DNA of 59,609 nucleotides from positions 1-59,609 of the forward strand of contig CAYFPZ010000094.1 in assembly GCA_964345105.1 (NCBI GenBank). The letters are read 5' to 3'. The notes under the pieces were generated by a model. That model was not told where the DNA came from, did not search any database, and worked only from the letters and a program-made list of their open reading frames with translations. Within the stretch, counting starts at the first letter, position 1; every line of letters begins with the position of its first letter. Position numbers and translations under genes: made by a program. Source of the DNA: Candidatus Hadarchaeota archaeon (GTDB taxonomy: Archaea > Hadarchaeota > Hadarchaeia > Hadarchaeales > Hadarchaeaceae). Positions 27,695 to 36,421 of this stretch are shown here, piece by piece.

Positions 27695-29044
27695 ATGGTT
27701 GACTTATTAATTAAAAACGGTTTGATAGTCACAATGGATAAAGATTTTCGCATCATTGCGAATGGTTCGATTGCAGTTGAGGATGGCCGTATTATCTCGG
27801 TCAAGCGGGGAAAGGTGAAAACCAAGAGCAAGCCGGAAGAAGTCATCGACGCCTGCGGCAAAATCGTCATGCCTGGCCTTATTTGCTCACACACACATCT
27901 CTATGGCACACTTCTGCGTGGCGCTCCGTTGAAAATTGAGACCCCTACCGATTTTTCACAGATTATACAGCGCGTCTGGTGGCCGATGGAGGAGGAGATG
28001 ACCCGCGAGGATGCGTACGCTAGCGCTTTAATTTCCTGCCTTGAGTTTATCAAGACGGGCACAACTATGTTTGCCGACACCTTTTCAGGTCCGAACGCCA
28101 TAACTGGCGTGTTGGATCGGATTTCCGCAGCGGTCGAGCAATCAGGGATGCGGGGAATCATTTCGTTTGAGGCGACCGAGCGCCGCACCCACGCCGAGGG
28201 AGCCAGAGGCACGAAAGAGAGTGAGCGATTCATCCGGAAGATTAAGAAAAAACGCATGAGCCGAGTGCGAGGGATGTTCAGCATTCATGCTTCCTTCACA
28301 GTCTCCAACGAACTCTTCCACTACGTCCGAGAGCTCGCGAGTCGCTATAAGGTACCAGTGACCATCCACACCTCTGAGGGGATGGTGGACCTCTATCACA
28401 ATTTAGGGAGGTTCGGCAAACGCACCATCGAACGGTTTAACGATGAAGGGATACTCGCACAGGACGTAGTGCTCGCTCATTGTGTGCATGTCAACGATGA
28501 CGAGTTGGCGATCATCAAAAAGACTGGGGCAAAGGTTGCTCACAACCCTATGAGTAACATGCTAAACGCAGTTGGAGTCGCGCCGATAGTGCGAATGCTC
28601 ACGATGGATATTCCTGTGGGCTTGGGCAACGACGGGTACATCTTCGATGGATTTGAGAACATCCGAGCCGCCTTCTTGCTGCACAAGGTTGCCCTCCGTG
28701 ATCCTCGTGCGATTTCACCCATTGAAGCACTCAAGATGGCGACGATCCGTGGAGCAGAACTCTATGGGCTGGGGAACGAACTAGGTTCAATTGAGTCAGG
28801 AAAGCTCGCAGATATCATCATCATAAATCCAGCCCCCGCGCCTACGCCTGTACGTTCTGAAAATGTCGCCGAGCACATCGTTAACACCGTTGATGGCGAT
28901 GATATCGAAACGGTCGTCGTCGGGGGCAAGGTCATAATGCGCGAACGAAAAATGCAGACGCTCAACGAGGCGGAGGCGGTGAAAGTGGCGCGAAAATCGG
29001 CGGAAAAGCTTTGGCAGAAGCTCGAGACAATAAAGAGGAGATGA
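27695..29044 (+). CDS. Amidohydrolase-superfamily aminohydrolase (SsnA / chlorohydrolase / nucleobase deaminase-like)
   Basis: 449 aa. MPGLICSHTHLYGTLLRG, VWWPMEE, IHTSE, LAHCVH and GNDG motifs of the ATZ/TRZ-SsnA group. Confidence 0.8.
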   Translation: MVDLLIKNGLIVTMDKDFRIIANGSIAVEDGRIISVKRGKVKTKSKPEEVIDACGKIVMPGLICSHTHLYGTLLRGAPLKIETPTDFSQIIQRVWWPMEEEMTREDAYASALISCLEFIKTGTTMFADTFSGPNAITGVLDRISAAVEQSGMRGIISFEATERRTHAEGARGTKESERFIRKIKKKRMSRVRGMFSIHASFTVSNELFHYVRELASRYKVPVTIHTSEGMVDLYHNLGRFGKRTIERFNDEGILAQDVVLAHCVHVNDDELAIIKKTGAKVAHNPMSNMLNAVGVAPIVRMLTMDIPVGLGNDGYIFDGFENIRAAFLLHKVALRDPRAISPIEALKMATIRGAELYGLGNELGSIESGKLADIIIINPAPAPTPVRSENVAEHIVNTVDGDDIETVVVGGKVIMRERKMQTLNEAEAVKVARKSAEKLWQKLETIKRR

Positions 29045-29048
29045 TGAA

Positions 29049-30137
29049 ATGGTCGATTTATCTGTGGAGATATGTGGCTTAAAATTCCGTAACCCCATTT
29101 TGCCTGCGGCTGGCCCCACGGTGCACAACGGAGATGCTTTAGTAAAAGCTGCCGAGGGTGGCGCGGGCGGATTGGTCGCGAAGACTGTGAGCGTCTCTCC
29201 GGCCCATGTGCCCCGCCCCTGTATAATCAAGGTCAAGGATAGCTTGCTTAATGCCGAGCTTTGGACCGACCTACCGCTCGAGCAATGGCTTCGCCATGAG
29301 TATGCGAAGGCGAAGCGAACAAGGCTGCCGCTGATAGCGAGCGTTGGCTACAATGCCGAGGAAATCCGGGCTGTTGCCCCTAAGCTCAAGGCGGCCGGTG
29401 TGGATGCCCTTGAGCTATCGACTCACCACCTCGAAAACGACCCGACGCCGATGGTCGAAGCGGCGAAGGCCGCGAAGGAGGCCGTCGATATCCCAGTGTT
29501 CGTAAAACTCAGCCCGAACGTGCCCGACGTGACCCAGTTTGCACGGGCTGTAGAGGAAGCGGGAGCAGATGGAATAGTCGCGATAAACTCGGTTGGGCCA
29601 TGCCTAGCAATCGACATAGAAAACACTATGCCCATGCTCGGGAGCATCTCTGGCTATGGCTGGCTCTCGGGCCCCGCGATTAAGCCTCTCGCGGTTCGAT
29701 GCGTGGCCGACATCTGCCGCGCTGTGAAGATACCCGTCATTGGAGCGGGCGGAATCAGTAACGGGCGCGATGCGGTTGAGTTCATCATGGTTGGGGCCTC
29801 GGCGGTGCAACTCTCAACCGCAGCGATAGTCCGAGGATACAAGATTTATGGGCTAATAGCGGACGAAATGGCCAAGTTCATGCGCGCGAAAGGCTACAAC
29901 TCGATCAACGATTTTAAGGGCGTCGCACTTCACCACCTGCCCGAGCAGCCTCTTCGTACCACAACCAAACCTCCTGAGGTAACTGCGTCGAGGTGCACGG
30001 GCTGCGGGCTCTGCGAGCGGTACTGTCCATACGAGGCGATTCGTATCGTCGGGAGAATCGCCCGCCTAGACCCTGTCAAATGCTACGGCTGCGGGCTCTG
30101 TGTTTCGGTCTGCCCAACGCGAGCAATCCGGTTATAG
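29049..30137 (+). CDS. DHODH/dihydropyrimidine dehydrogenase (PreA)-like FMN TIM-barrel protein with C-terminal 2x[4Fe-4S] ferredoxin domain
   Basis: LKFRNPILPAAGP, VFVKLSPN, IVAINSVGP, GLSGPAIKP and IGAGGI. C-terminal CTGCGLCERYCP...CYGCGLCVSVCP. Confidence 0.8.
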   Translation: MVDLSVEICGLKFRNPILPAAGPTVHNGDALVKAAEGGAGGLVAKTVSVSPAHVPRPCIIKVKDSLLNAELWTDLPLEQWLRHEYAKAKRTRLPLIASVGYNAEEIRAVAPKLKAAGVDALELSTHHLENDPTPMVEAAKAAKEAVDIPVFVKLSPNVPDVTQFARAVEEAGADGIVAINSVGPCLAIDIENTMPMLGSISGYGWLSGPAIKPLAVRCVADICRAVKIPVIGAGGISNGRDAVEFIMVGASAVQLSTAAIVRGYKIYGLIADEMAKFMRAKGYNSINDFKGVALHHLPEQPLRTTTKPPEVTASRCTGCGLCERYCPYEAIRIVGRIARLDPVKCYGCGLCVSVCPTRAIRL

Positions 30138-30158
30138 TCGCGCAACAAAAAACAACAA

Positions 30159-31739
30159 ATGATTTCGATGCAAATGTCGCAAACTACCAGAATAAAGCAA
30201 CTGATTCACAATGGGGTTCTCATCCCAACCTACGAACCCCGGGGCTTCACCATCCGCTATAAGGGAAAGAAACTCTCGTTGACCTCCAAACAAGAAGAGA
30301 TGGCCGTCGCATGGGTCAAGAAGCTGGGGACAGACTACGTGAAAGACCCTGTCTTCGCCAAGAACTTCGTGAAAGACTTCTCCAAGGCCCTAGGGGTTGA
30401 AACTCCCTCTGAAATAGAAGACTTCGATTTCTCCAAGATTCAACGCTGGGTCGAACAGGAAAAAATCAAAAAAGAAAACATGTCACGCGAGGAGCGAAAA
30501 GCATTGGCTGAGGCCAGGAAGAAAACTCGGGAAGCGAACAAGGAGGAGTATGGATACGCTGTACTCAACGGTGAACGGGTGGAGATCGTCTACACCGTCG
30601 AACCCCCTAGCATTTTCATGGGTAGGGGGAAGCACCCGTTTCGGGGAAGATGGAAGCCAAGAGTCGCCTATGAGGATATAATCCTGAACCTGTCACCCGA
30701 TGCCTCCACCCCAAGACCTCCGAGCGGGAAGCACTGGAAGGAAAGGGTCTTCGATCCAAATGCCATGTGGATAGCCAAGTGGCAGGACAAGCTCAGTGGG
30801 GAACTTAAGTATTTATGGATAGCCGACACCGCGCGCTTCAAGCAGGAGCGCGAAATCGAAAAGTTCAACAAAGCCCGAGAGCTGAATGAGCTCGTCGAAA
30901 GGGTTCGACAACACATTGAGGAGAGCTTGGCCTCGGAGGACATCACCCAGCGCAAAATCGCGACCGTATCTTACTTGATAGACAATCTAAAAATGAGGGT
31001 CGGCGATGAGAAGGACAAGGACGAAGCTGACACTGTTGGCGCAGTGACGCTGAGGGGTACACACGTCAAGATAAACCACTCTGGACAGGTAAAATTCGAC
31101 TTCCTGGGCAAGGACTCGGTGAGGTGGGTCAGGACCATCAGGCCGCCTGCTCAAGTCGTGAGCAACCTGAAGTCCTTCATCGGTACGCCTAGGGCGCAAA
31201 TTTTCTCGGAAATCCGATCGGAGCACGTGAACGCTTTCTTGGGCCAAGTGATGCCAGGGCTTACGGCTAAGGTATTCAGAACTTATCACGCCTCGAAGAG
31301 CGTCAGAGAATATCTAGCTAATTCCAAGGTTCGACCGGAAGATTCAGACTTCGAGAAGAAATATGTGGCCAAGATGGCGAATCTTGAAGCGGCAATCACC
31401 TGCCACCACAAACGAAAGCTCCCGAAGAACTGGAAGGAATCCCTTGAAAATAAAGTGAAAAAACTGAAAGCCCTAAAGACTAAGCTTAAGGAGGTCAAGG
31501 AAAAGCCTCGCTCACGCTCACATGCAAAGCGGATAAATAGTCTTCAAGAGCGGATAAGGACTGCTAGGCTCAAAGTGAAGCTGACAAAGGCTACGCGCGA
31601 CTACAACCTCGGTACATCGCTCAAGTCTTACATCGACCCGCGCCTCTACGTCAAATGGGCGGGAGAAGTTTCATACGACTGGAAAAAAACCTACCCCAAA
31701 ACTCTCCAGCGAAAGTTCGCATGGGCTGAAGAGAGATAA
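30159..31739 (+). CDS. DNA topoisomerase IB (eukaryote-like)
   Basis: 526 aa. IHNGVLIP, WKE...WIAKWQD, DTVGAVTLR, FRTYHAS and the catalytic-Tyr context LGTSLKSYIDPRLY (compare human LGTSKLNYLDPRI). Confidence 0.92.
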   Translation: MISMQMSQTTRIKQLIHNGVLIPTYEPRGFTIRYKGKKLSLTSKQEEMAVAWVKKLGTDYVKDPVFAKNFVKDFSKALGVETPSEIEDFDFSKIQRWVEQEKIKKENMSREERKALAEARKKTREANKEEYGYAVLNGERVEIVYTVEPPSIFMGRGKHPFRGRWKPRVAYEDIILNLSPDASTPRPPSGKHWKERVFDPNAMWIAKWQDKLSGELKYLWIADTARFKQEREIEKFNKARELNELVERVRQHIEESLASEDITQRKIATVSYLIDNLKMRVGDEKDKDEADTVGAVTLRGTHVKINHSGQVKFDFLGKDSVRWVRTIRPPAQVVSNLKSFIGTPRAQIFSEIRSEHVNAFLGQVMPGLTAKVFRTYHASKSVREYLANSKVRPEDSDFEKKYVAKMANLEAAITCHHKRKLPKNWKESLENKVKKLKALKTKLKEVKEKPRSRSHAKRINSLQERIRTARLKVKLTKATRDYNLGTSLKSYIDPRLYVKWAGEVSYDWKKTYPKTLQRKFAWAEER

Positions 31740-31747
31740 ATGTGTTT

Positions 31748-32953
31748 TTAAGAGAGCACGCCATCCGCGAACCGCTCGATGTACCGTAGGTATTTGTTTA
31801 GGAAAGCCTCTTTCGAGAATTTCTGCCTGACTCTCCTTCGCCCTCGCCGCCCCATCTCGGCCACTCGCTCGGAGTCACAACTGCAGGCCTCTTCCAGCCT
31901 GCCGGCAAGCTCACGCTCACTCCCAGCCCGGAAGTGCAGTCCTACTTTACCATCAACCATCTCTTGCAGCGCCCCAGCCGTCGAGACTATCGTGGGCACC
32001 TCACAGGCCAGCCCCTCGGCCGTCGCGTATGAGAAGCTCTCCCAGTAGGAGGGCATGATGGTGAAGGTGCTTGAGGAGTAATAGTGAGGAAGCTCGCGCA
32101 GCCGCCGCCATCCCACCAGCTTGATGTACTTAGAGAGGCCCATGCGCTTCACAGCCCGCCTTAACAAGATGCCGTCGTCTGTGAGCATCCGAAGCTCGAA
32201 ATTGGAACACCCCCGGTCTATCACGCGCTGGACGCTCCGCAAGAGGAGGTCAATTCCTTTCTCGGGGTGGTTTCGCCCGGCGTATGTAAAAACAGTTTTT
32301 CCGTTTGACTCGCACTCGACTCGGCTGAAAAGGTTTGTGTCGACCCCGTTGTAAATCACGTCAATGCAGTTACGGCCGAACCGTCGAGCGAGCTCTCGTT
32401 TACAAGCTTTGCTCACAGTTATCGTCCGTCTAGAGTTCTCAATAGCTTTGGTCTCCAGCCTCGCATCACGGCGAAGCCTGCGTTTGCTTGATATTCGGAC
32501 TCCAAAGCGCTCCGCAAATTTTTCCCGCAGGAACTCGGGGCGGTGGGAGATGTACACGAGATTGTCGAGCCTTGCGCGGGCGATTAGCTCCCCAAAAGCG
32601 AATGAGTTGGCCAAAACCACGTCAAATTTTTTGAGATCGATGGGGCTGCTTCTTCCAAGCAATCGTTCCGCAAATCGTTTGGTCGCCGGGTACAGAACAT
32701 CCGCGTCGTACGGGCGGTGCTCGCGAAACCTCGAGGTGCGGACAAACAGCACCCGATAACCCTCGCGGTGGACCAGCTTGTCCCGCTGCGAGGGGACGAT
32801 GAACGTGAGACTGAGCTTTCGGCCTCGGGCACGGGCGAAAGTCCCAAGCTCCGCTAGGTAGCCGAGGTACATCCCGGCCCCCGTCGCCACCCTGCTTCTA
32901 GAGGGGGGCTCCCAACCGAGTACTGCAACTTTTAACTTTCGCATCTTGAACAC
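31748..32953 (-). CDS. Glycosyltransferase, GT4/GT1-fold
   Basis: 401 aa. The C-terminal half GRNHPEKGIDLLL...MPSYWESFSYATAEGLACEVPTIVS is the EX7E-type motif. Confidence 0.85.
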   Translation of the reverse strand: MFKMRKLKVAVLGWEPPSRSRVATGAGMYLGYLAELGTFARARGRKLSLTFIVPSQRDKLVHREGYRVLFVRTSRFREHRPYDADVLYPATKRFAERLLGRSSPIDLKKFDVVLANSFAFGELIARARLDNLVYISHRPEFLREKFAERFGVRISSKRRLRRDARLETKAIENSRRTITVSKACKRELARRFGRNCIDVIYNGVDTNLFSRVECESNGKTVFTYAGRNHPEKGIDLLLRSVQRVIDRGCSNFELRMLTDDGILLRRAVKRMGLSKYIKLVGWRRLRELPHYYSSSTFTIMPSYWESFSYATAEGLACEVPTIVSTAGALQEMVDGKVGLHFRAGSERELAGRLEEACSCDSERVAEMGRRGRRRVRQKFSKEAFLNKYLRYIERFADGVLS

Positions 32954-33124
32954 ACTTCACCTCGAGCCCGTCGAACAAGAATCACGATATTCTGACGGGC
33001 CCAATCGGTGATGATACATGGTGCCGCGAGAATAAAAACGTTTACCAAAAATGGGAAACAAAAAGATGTAACATTTTATAAGAAATAGACTTGAATCACT
33101 AAAAAATATAATAGAAAATTTGGG

Positions 33125-33862
33125 TCACCTATTTTCGCTTGCTCGAACACGGCGAAAATCAAATCTGAAGAGGACCATAGCACCCCCGAACCCCCCTAGG
33201 AACCCGAACCCGTGAGCGAACACATCAATTCCCGGCCCGGCACTCAGGAAAACCCCGGGGTCGGTGAAAATCAGCCAGAAAAAGGAGAAGAGTAGGGAAA
33301 GGGTCACGAGAGCGGGAAAAGTTTTCAGGAATTTTCGATCAAACCTGAACGGTCCCCTTTTTTTACGTCTGCGAACCCGGCGACGCTCCTTAGAAAGTGT
33401 CTTTAGATGGGCTGGTAGGCTCTGGAGGCAGGCCGCAAAGAGGACTCCGAGGGCCCCGTATACTATTCCCGACGCTCCCCAAGAGTTGAAGTCAGGACCG
33501 ACCAGCACAAGTGGATACTCTATCACATTCGCACCGATGCCGGCGAGGAATACTAGCCAGAGGAAGATGCGGCTCCAACGCCTGCGGACCCTCACTGGAT
33601 ACACCAAACTCACCGGAATGAAAAGCAAAGCCGCCAAGGTGAAACTCTCGAGGTTGCTGGCGAGATGGGGGAGGTCGGCGTGGGTGAAAGCGGAGGTCAG
33701 GATGCCCCAGGGGCGATCGGCGGAGAGCCACAGGCCCTCGAGGAGCGGAGGATGGAGAGAGACCAGACCGAAGATCGCAAGGTTAACGAGCGAGAAGATG
33801 ATGAAGGCTAGACCAACACTTTTGAAACCGGCTAGGCGGCGGTAAAGAATGTAAACTCTCAT
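33125..33862 (-). CDS. Rhomboid-family intramembrane serine protease
   Basis: 245 aa, polytopic. HADLPHLASN, GASGIVYGALG (GxSG) and VFAHGFGFLGG (catalytic His context). Confidence 0.85.
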   Translation of the reverse strand: MRVYILYRRLAGFKSVGLAFIIFSLVNLAIFGLVSLHPPLLEGLWLSADRPWGILTSAFTHADLPHLASNLESFTLAALLFIPVSLVYPVRVRRRWSRIFLWLVFLAGIGANVIEYPLVLVGPDFNSWGASGIVYGALGVLFAACLQSLPAHLKTLSKERRRVRRRKKRGPFRFDRKFLKTFPALVTLSLLFSFFWLIFTDPGVFLSAGPGIDVFAHGFGFLGGFGGAMVLFRFDFRRVRASENR

Positions 33863-34301
33863 TCTCCCTATAAAAATAAAAAAAGGAAATAAAAAGGTTT
33901 TTTTATCGATGGATGAGCGTCAGAGAAGTGATATGCTAGAGTTCCTCTCTTTTCTTTCTTCTTCTTTGCCATTTCTGTTCACCTCCTCGCAATTTTGTCG
34001 ATATACGGCATGTCAAAGAATCGCTGGGTCGTCGGTAGTATCCTTTTTCCTTTCAATCTTCCCATTCCTTCTCTTCTTCCTCCTCTTCCTCTTCTCCCTC
34101 TTCTTCGTATTTCCACTCCATGGGTATCTCCCTCACCTGTTCGCTGGGTATCATTTCAACTCCTATTTAAAGCTATCATTGGTTTTTATTTCATCATAAG
34201 CCGTAATACTTATAAATTGGAATTTATGATTTATATCGCTGCAAAATTGGAAGTGATAGAATACAAATCTTAAGTGATAAAGGCTACGGATGGTGATTTG
34301 G

Positions 34302-34523
34302 ATGGCGGAGCTTGCTATCGCCCCATTCAAAAGAATACTGAGAAAGGTCGCGCCGGACATGAAGATATCGGACCCTGCGAAGAGAGAAATACGAAATATG
34401 TCGGAGAGATTTGCCATGGATGTCCTAAGAGGTGCCATAGAGATAACGAAGATATCAAAGAGGAGAACCGTGATGGTGGGCGACATAAGGGCCGCAAAGA
34501 GGCAGCTTGTCAAGACGATTTGA
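34302..34523 (+). CDS. Archaeal histone-fold protein (second copy, divergent)
   Basis: MAELAIAPFKRILRKVAPDMKISDPAKREIRNMSERFAMDVLRGAIEITKISKRRTVMVGDIRAA. GGTGA lies 6 nt upstream of the ATG at 34302. Confidence 0.8.
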   Translation: MAELAIAPFKRILRKVAPDMKISDPAKREIRNMSERFAMDVLRGAIEITKISKRRTVMVGDIRAAKRQLVKTI

Positions 34524-34610
34524 TAGTTTTGGAGACCGAGTTTGACAGGGATGAATGAAAATCATGAGTAATTATGATGTTTGCTAGGGTAAACATAGGC
34601 CTTTTCTAGA

Positions 34611-35444
34611 CTATCGCAGCATCGCCACATAGTCTCCAACGTTTACACCCAGACTTCGCGCAACTGGCCCACACTTAGCTCGAAAGATGTAGAAGAATTT
34701 CCCACTTTCTGGCAACTCTGAAAGCGTTTCATAATTTCCCATCCCCTTAGCCACCAATAAATCCGCCCGCGCGAACCTCTTCTTAAGCTGGGGAGAAGTT
34801 CTGTCCAAGTAAAAGCCCACCGTAGCAGGTGAAGGGATGACCTCGACAGAAAGCCTGAGCCCCATAAGTCGAATATCCCCAATAGCCAAGTCGTTCTGAA
34901 CCGGGTGCTCCTTGACCACATACCCTACCCTCGCATTCCTCCTGAGAAACGTCAGCAGGGGCAAGTCGAAGAACACCTCGGCAGCATTGTCGGCCAGATA
35001 CAGAATGTCCTTTGCATCCTCTAGCTTGCGCTCGAGCTTTGCTATATCGTCTATGGCGAAATTCGGCCTAACGGAAAGTTCACGATCGAGGCTTTCAGGA
35101 TCCACGAAGAAGTCGATGGCGTTCCCTTGGGCGGCGATCTCCACGCAGCTCCTCAAATCCCCTCGGGGCCTGATCTTCGAGAACGCCAGCTTTGCCATCT
35201 CGATTTCCCTCAACTTCCGCTTGCGGTAGGGGTCCGGGTTTCCTGAGAGCTTCTTGATGACTGGGTGGAACTCGTTCGACAAATCGGTCGGGACGGTGCT
35301 TGGAGAGAGGCGCTCGAGGATTTTTGCAACCGCCCTCTCGATTTCCGACCTGACCGACGAATCGGGGTTCGCGAGCTCCGTGGTCTGGCGCGCGAGATTC
35401 CGCAGACAATCTAGACACTCGGGTCCTGCTTTCATGGGGCTCAC
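34611..35444 (-). CDS. DUF89 family protein (ARMT1-like damage-control phosphatase)
   Basis: 277 aa. CLDCL...DPYRKRK...ILYLADNAAEVFFDL...AKGMGNYETL is the family pattern. Confidence 0.75.
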   Translation of the reverse strand: MSPMKAGPECLDCLRNLARQTTELANPDSSVRSEIERAVAKILERLSPSTVPTDLSNEFHPVIKKLSGNPDPYRKRKLREIEMAKLAFSKIRPRGDLRSCVEIAAQGNAIDFFVDPESLDRELSVRPNFAIDDIAKLERKLEDAKDILYLADNAAEVFFDLPLLTFLRRNARVGYVVKEHPVQNDLAIGDIRLMGLRLSVEVIPSPATVGFYLDRTSPQLKKRFARADLLVAKGMGNYETLSELPESGKFFYIFRAKCGPVARSLGVNVGDYVAMLR

Positions 35445-36076
35445 AACAGTTGGCGCGAGAACTCCTTCAGGTCCCTCACCACGAACTCTCCAGAATGCTT
35501 CTCATCGCGGTCGAGAAAAAAGGCTCTAATGCCTACCTCACTCGGTGCAAGGTAGTCGAAAATCCACTTGTCTCCAACATGCACCACCTCTGCCGGGGAA
35601 ACGCCGACCGCCTTTAGTACTTTCAAGTAGAACTCGCCCGTCTTCTTGACAAGCCCGAAGTCCGAGGTCGCGGAAAATATCCAGTCAATGTAGTCTTTCA
35701 AGCCCGCCTGCTCGATCTCCACCTCAGCCAGCTCGCGCACGCCGTTGGTGATGACCATGAGTTTGAACCTCCGATGGAGTTTATCCAAAACTTCGTAGAC
35801 CTCGGGGTAGGCCCTCACTTTCGACTTGCATTGCTCAACCAGGCCCATCCAGCTCCCGCCCAGGTCGAATTCCTTCCACCAGTAATCGACGTCGTACCAC
35901 TCGAGTTTATCCATACCAACCCCGTCGTACTTGCGCTTGATTTCCTGCCGCGCTTTCTCGGGCCTCAGCCCCCACCGCTCGGCGTAAAGCCTAGAGATCC
36001 CATCAAGCCAGAACGAATCCGGGAAAGTACAGTCGATGAGGGTCCCGTCTAAATCAAACGAAACAATTTTTATCAT
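35441..36076 (-). CDS. HAD-superfamily hydrolase
   Basis: IVSFDLDGTLID (DxDxT), ITNG and GDKWIFD. 4-nt overlap with the downstream DUF89 gene. Confidence 0.85.
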   Translation of the reverse strand: MIKIVSFDLDGTLIDCTFPDSFWLDGISRLYAERWGLRPEKARQEIKRKYDGVGMDKLEWYDVDYWWKEFDLGGSWMGLVEQCKSKVRAYPEVYEVLDKLHRRFKLMVITNGVRELAEVEIEQAGLKDYIDWIFSATSDFGLVKKTGEFYLKVLKAVGVSPAEVVHVGDKWIFDYLAPSEVGIRAFFLDRDEKHSGEFVVRDLKEFSRQLL

Positions 36077-36145
36077 TCCATCAACAGATTACTTTCGAGT
36101 CCCGTAATTAAGGGTTAATACTCCTCAACGGTGCTATTGACTGTT

Positions 36146-36421
36146 TCACTTTTTCTTCGATTCCCTCTCGGTAGCTATTTCCCCGCGCTCCTCTAGAAAT
36201 TCCAAAATTTTTTTCTCCACGATTTGGCTCATTTTAAACCCGCTGCGCTTGCAGAACTGCCTGAACTTGTGGTACAACTCCTCGTCCACGGTGAAGTTTA
36301 CCCTAACCTTCGTCGGGAAGCGTGGCAATTTGCCCGTCTCGTCGTAAATACCAAGGGCGTCGAACCACTCTGGATGCAGGGCAATTAGCTTTTTGGCCCG
36401 CTCTACTTTATCGGATGACAT
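36146..36421 (-). CDS. Ribbon-helix-helix (CopG-like) protein, putative antitoxin partner of the Doc-like gene
   Basis: 91 aa. The C-terminal KVRVNFTVDEELYHKFRQFCKRSGFKMSQIVEKKILEFLE forms strand-helix-helix. 14-nt overlap with the upstream Doc-like ORF. Confidence 0.65.
   Translation of the reverse strand: MSSDKVERAKKLIALHPEWFDALGIYDETGKLPRFPTKVRVNFTVDEELYHKFRQFCKRSGFKMSQIVEKKILEFLEERGEIATERESKKK

Noticed and set aside
33264-33845. 193-aa Arg/Lys-rich plus-strand ORF.
   Set aside because: It is antisense to the rhomboid protease gene, whose GxSG/His motifs and TM pattern are convincing. Its composition looks like a shadow frame.
33909-34273. 96-aa and 92-aa Phe/Leu/Ser-rich plus-strand ORFs.
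   Set aside because: They are produced by translating homopyrimidine tracts. They have no start context. The opposite strand gives more plausible (though unproven) charged micro-ORFs.
34163-34558. ORFs 34163-34513 (minus) and 34274-34558 (plus) overlapping the second histone gene.
   Set aside because: The histone-fold frame (34302-34523) has a clear fold signature and an SD. The others are alternative-frame artefacts.
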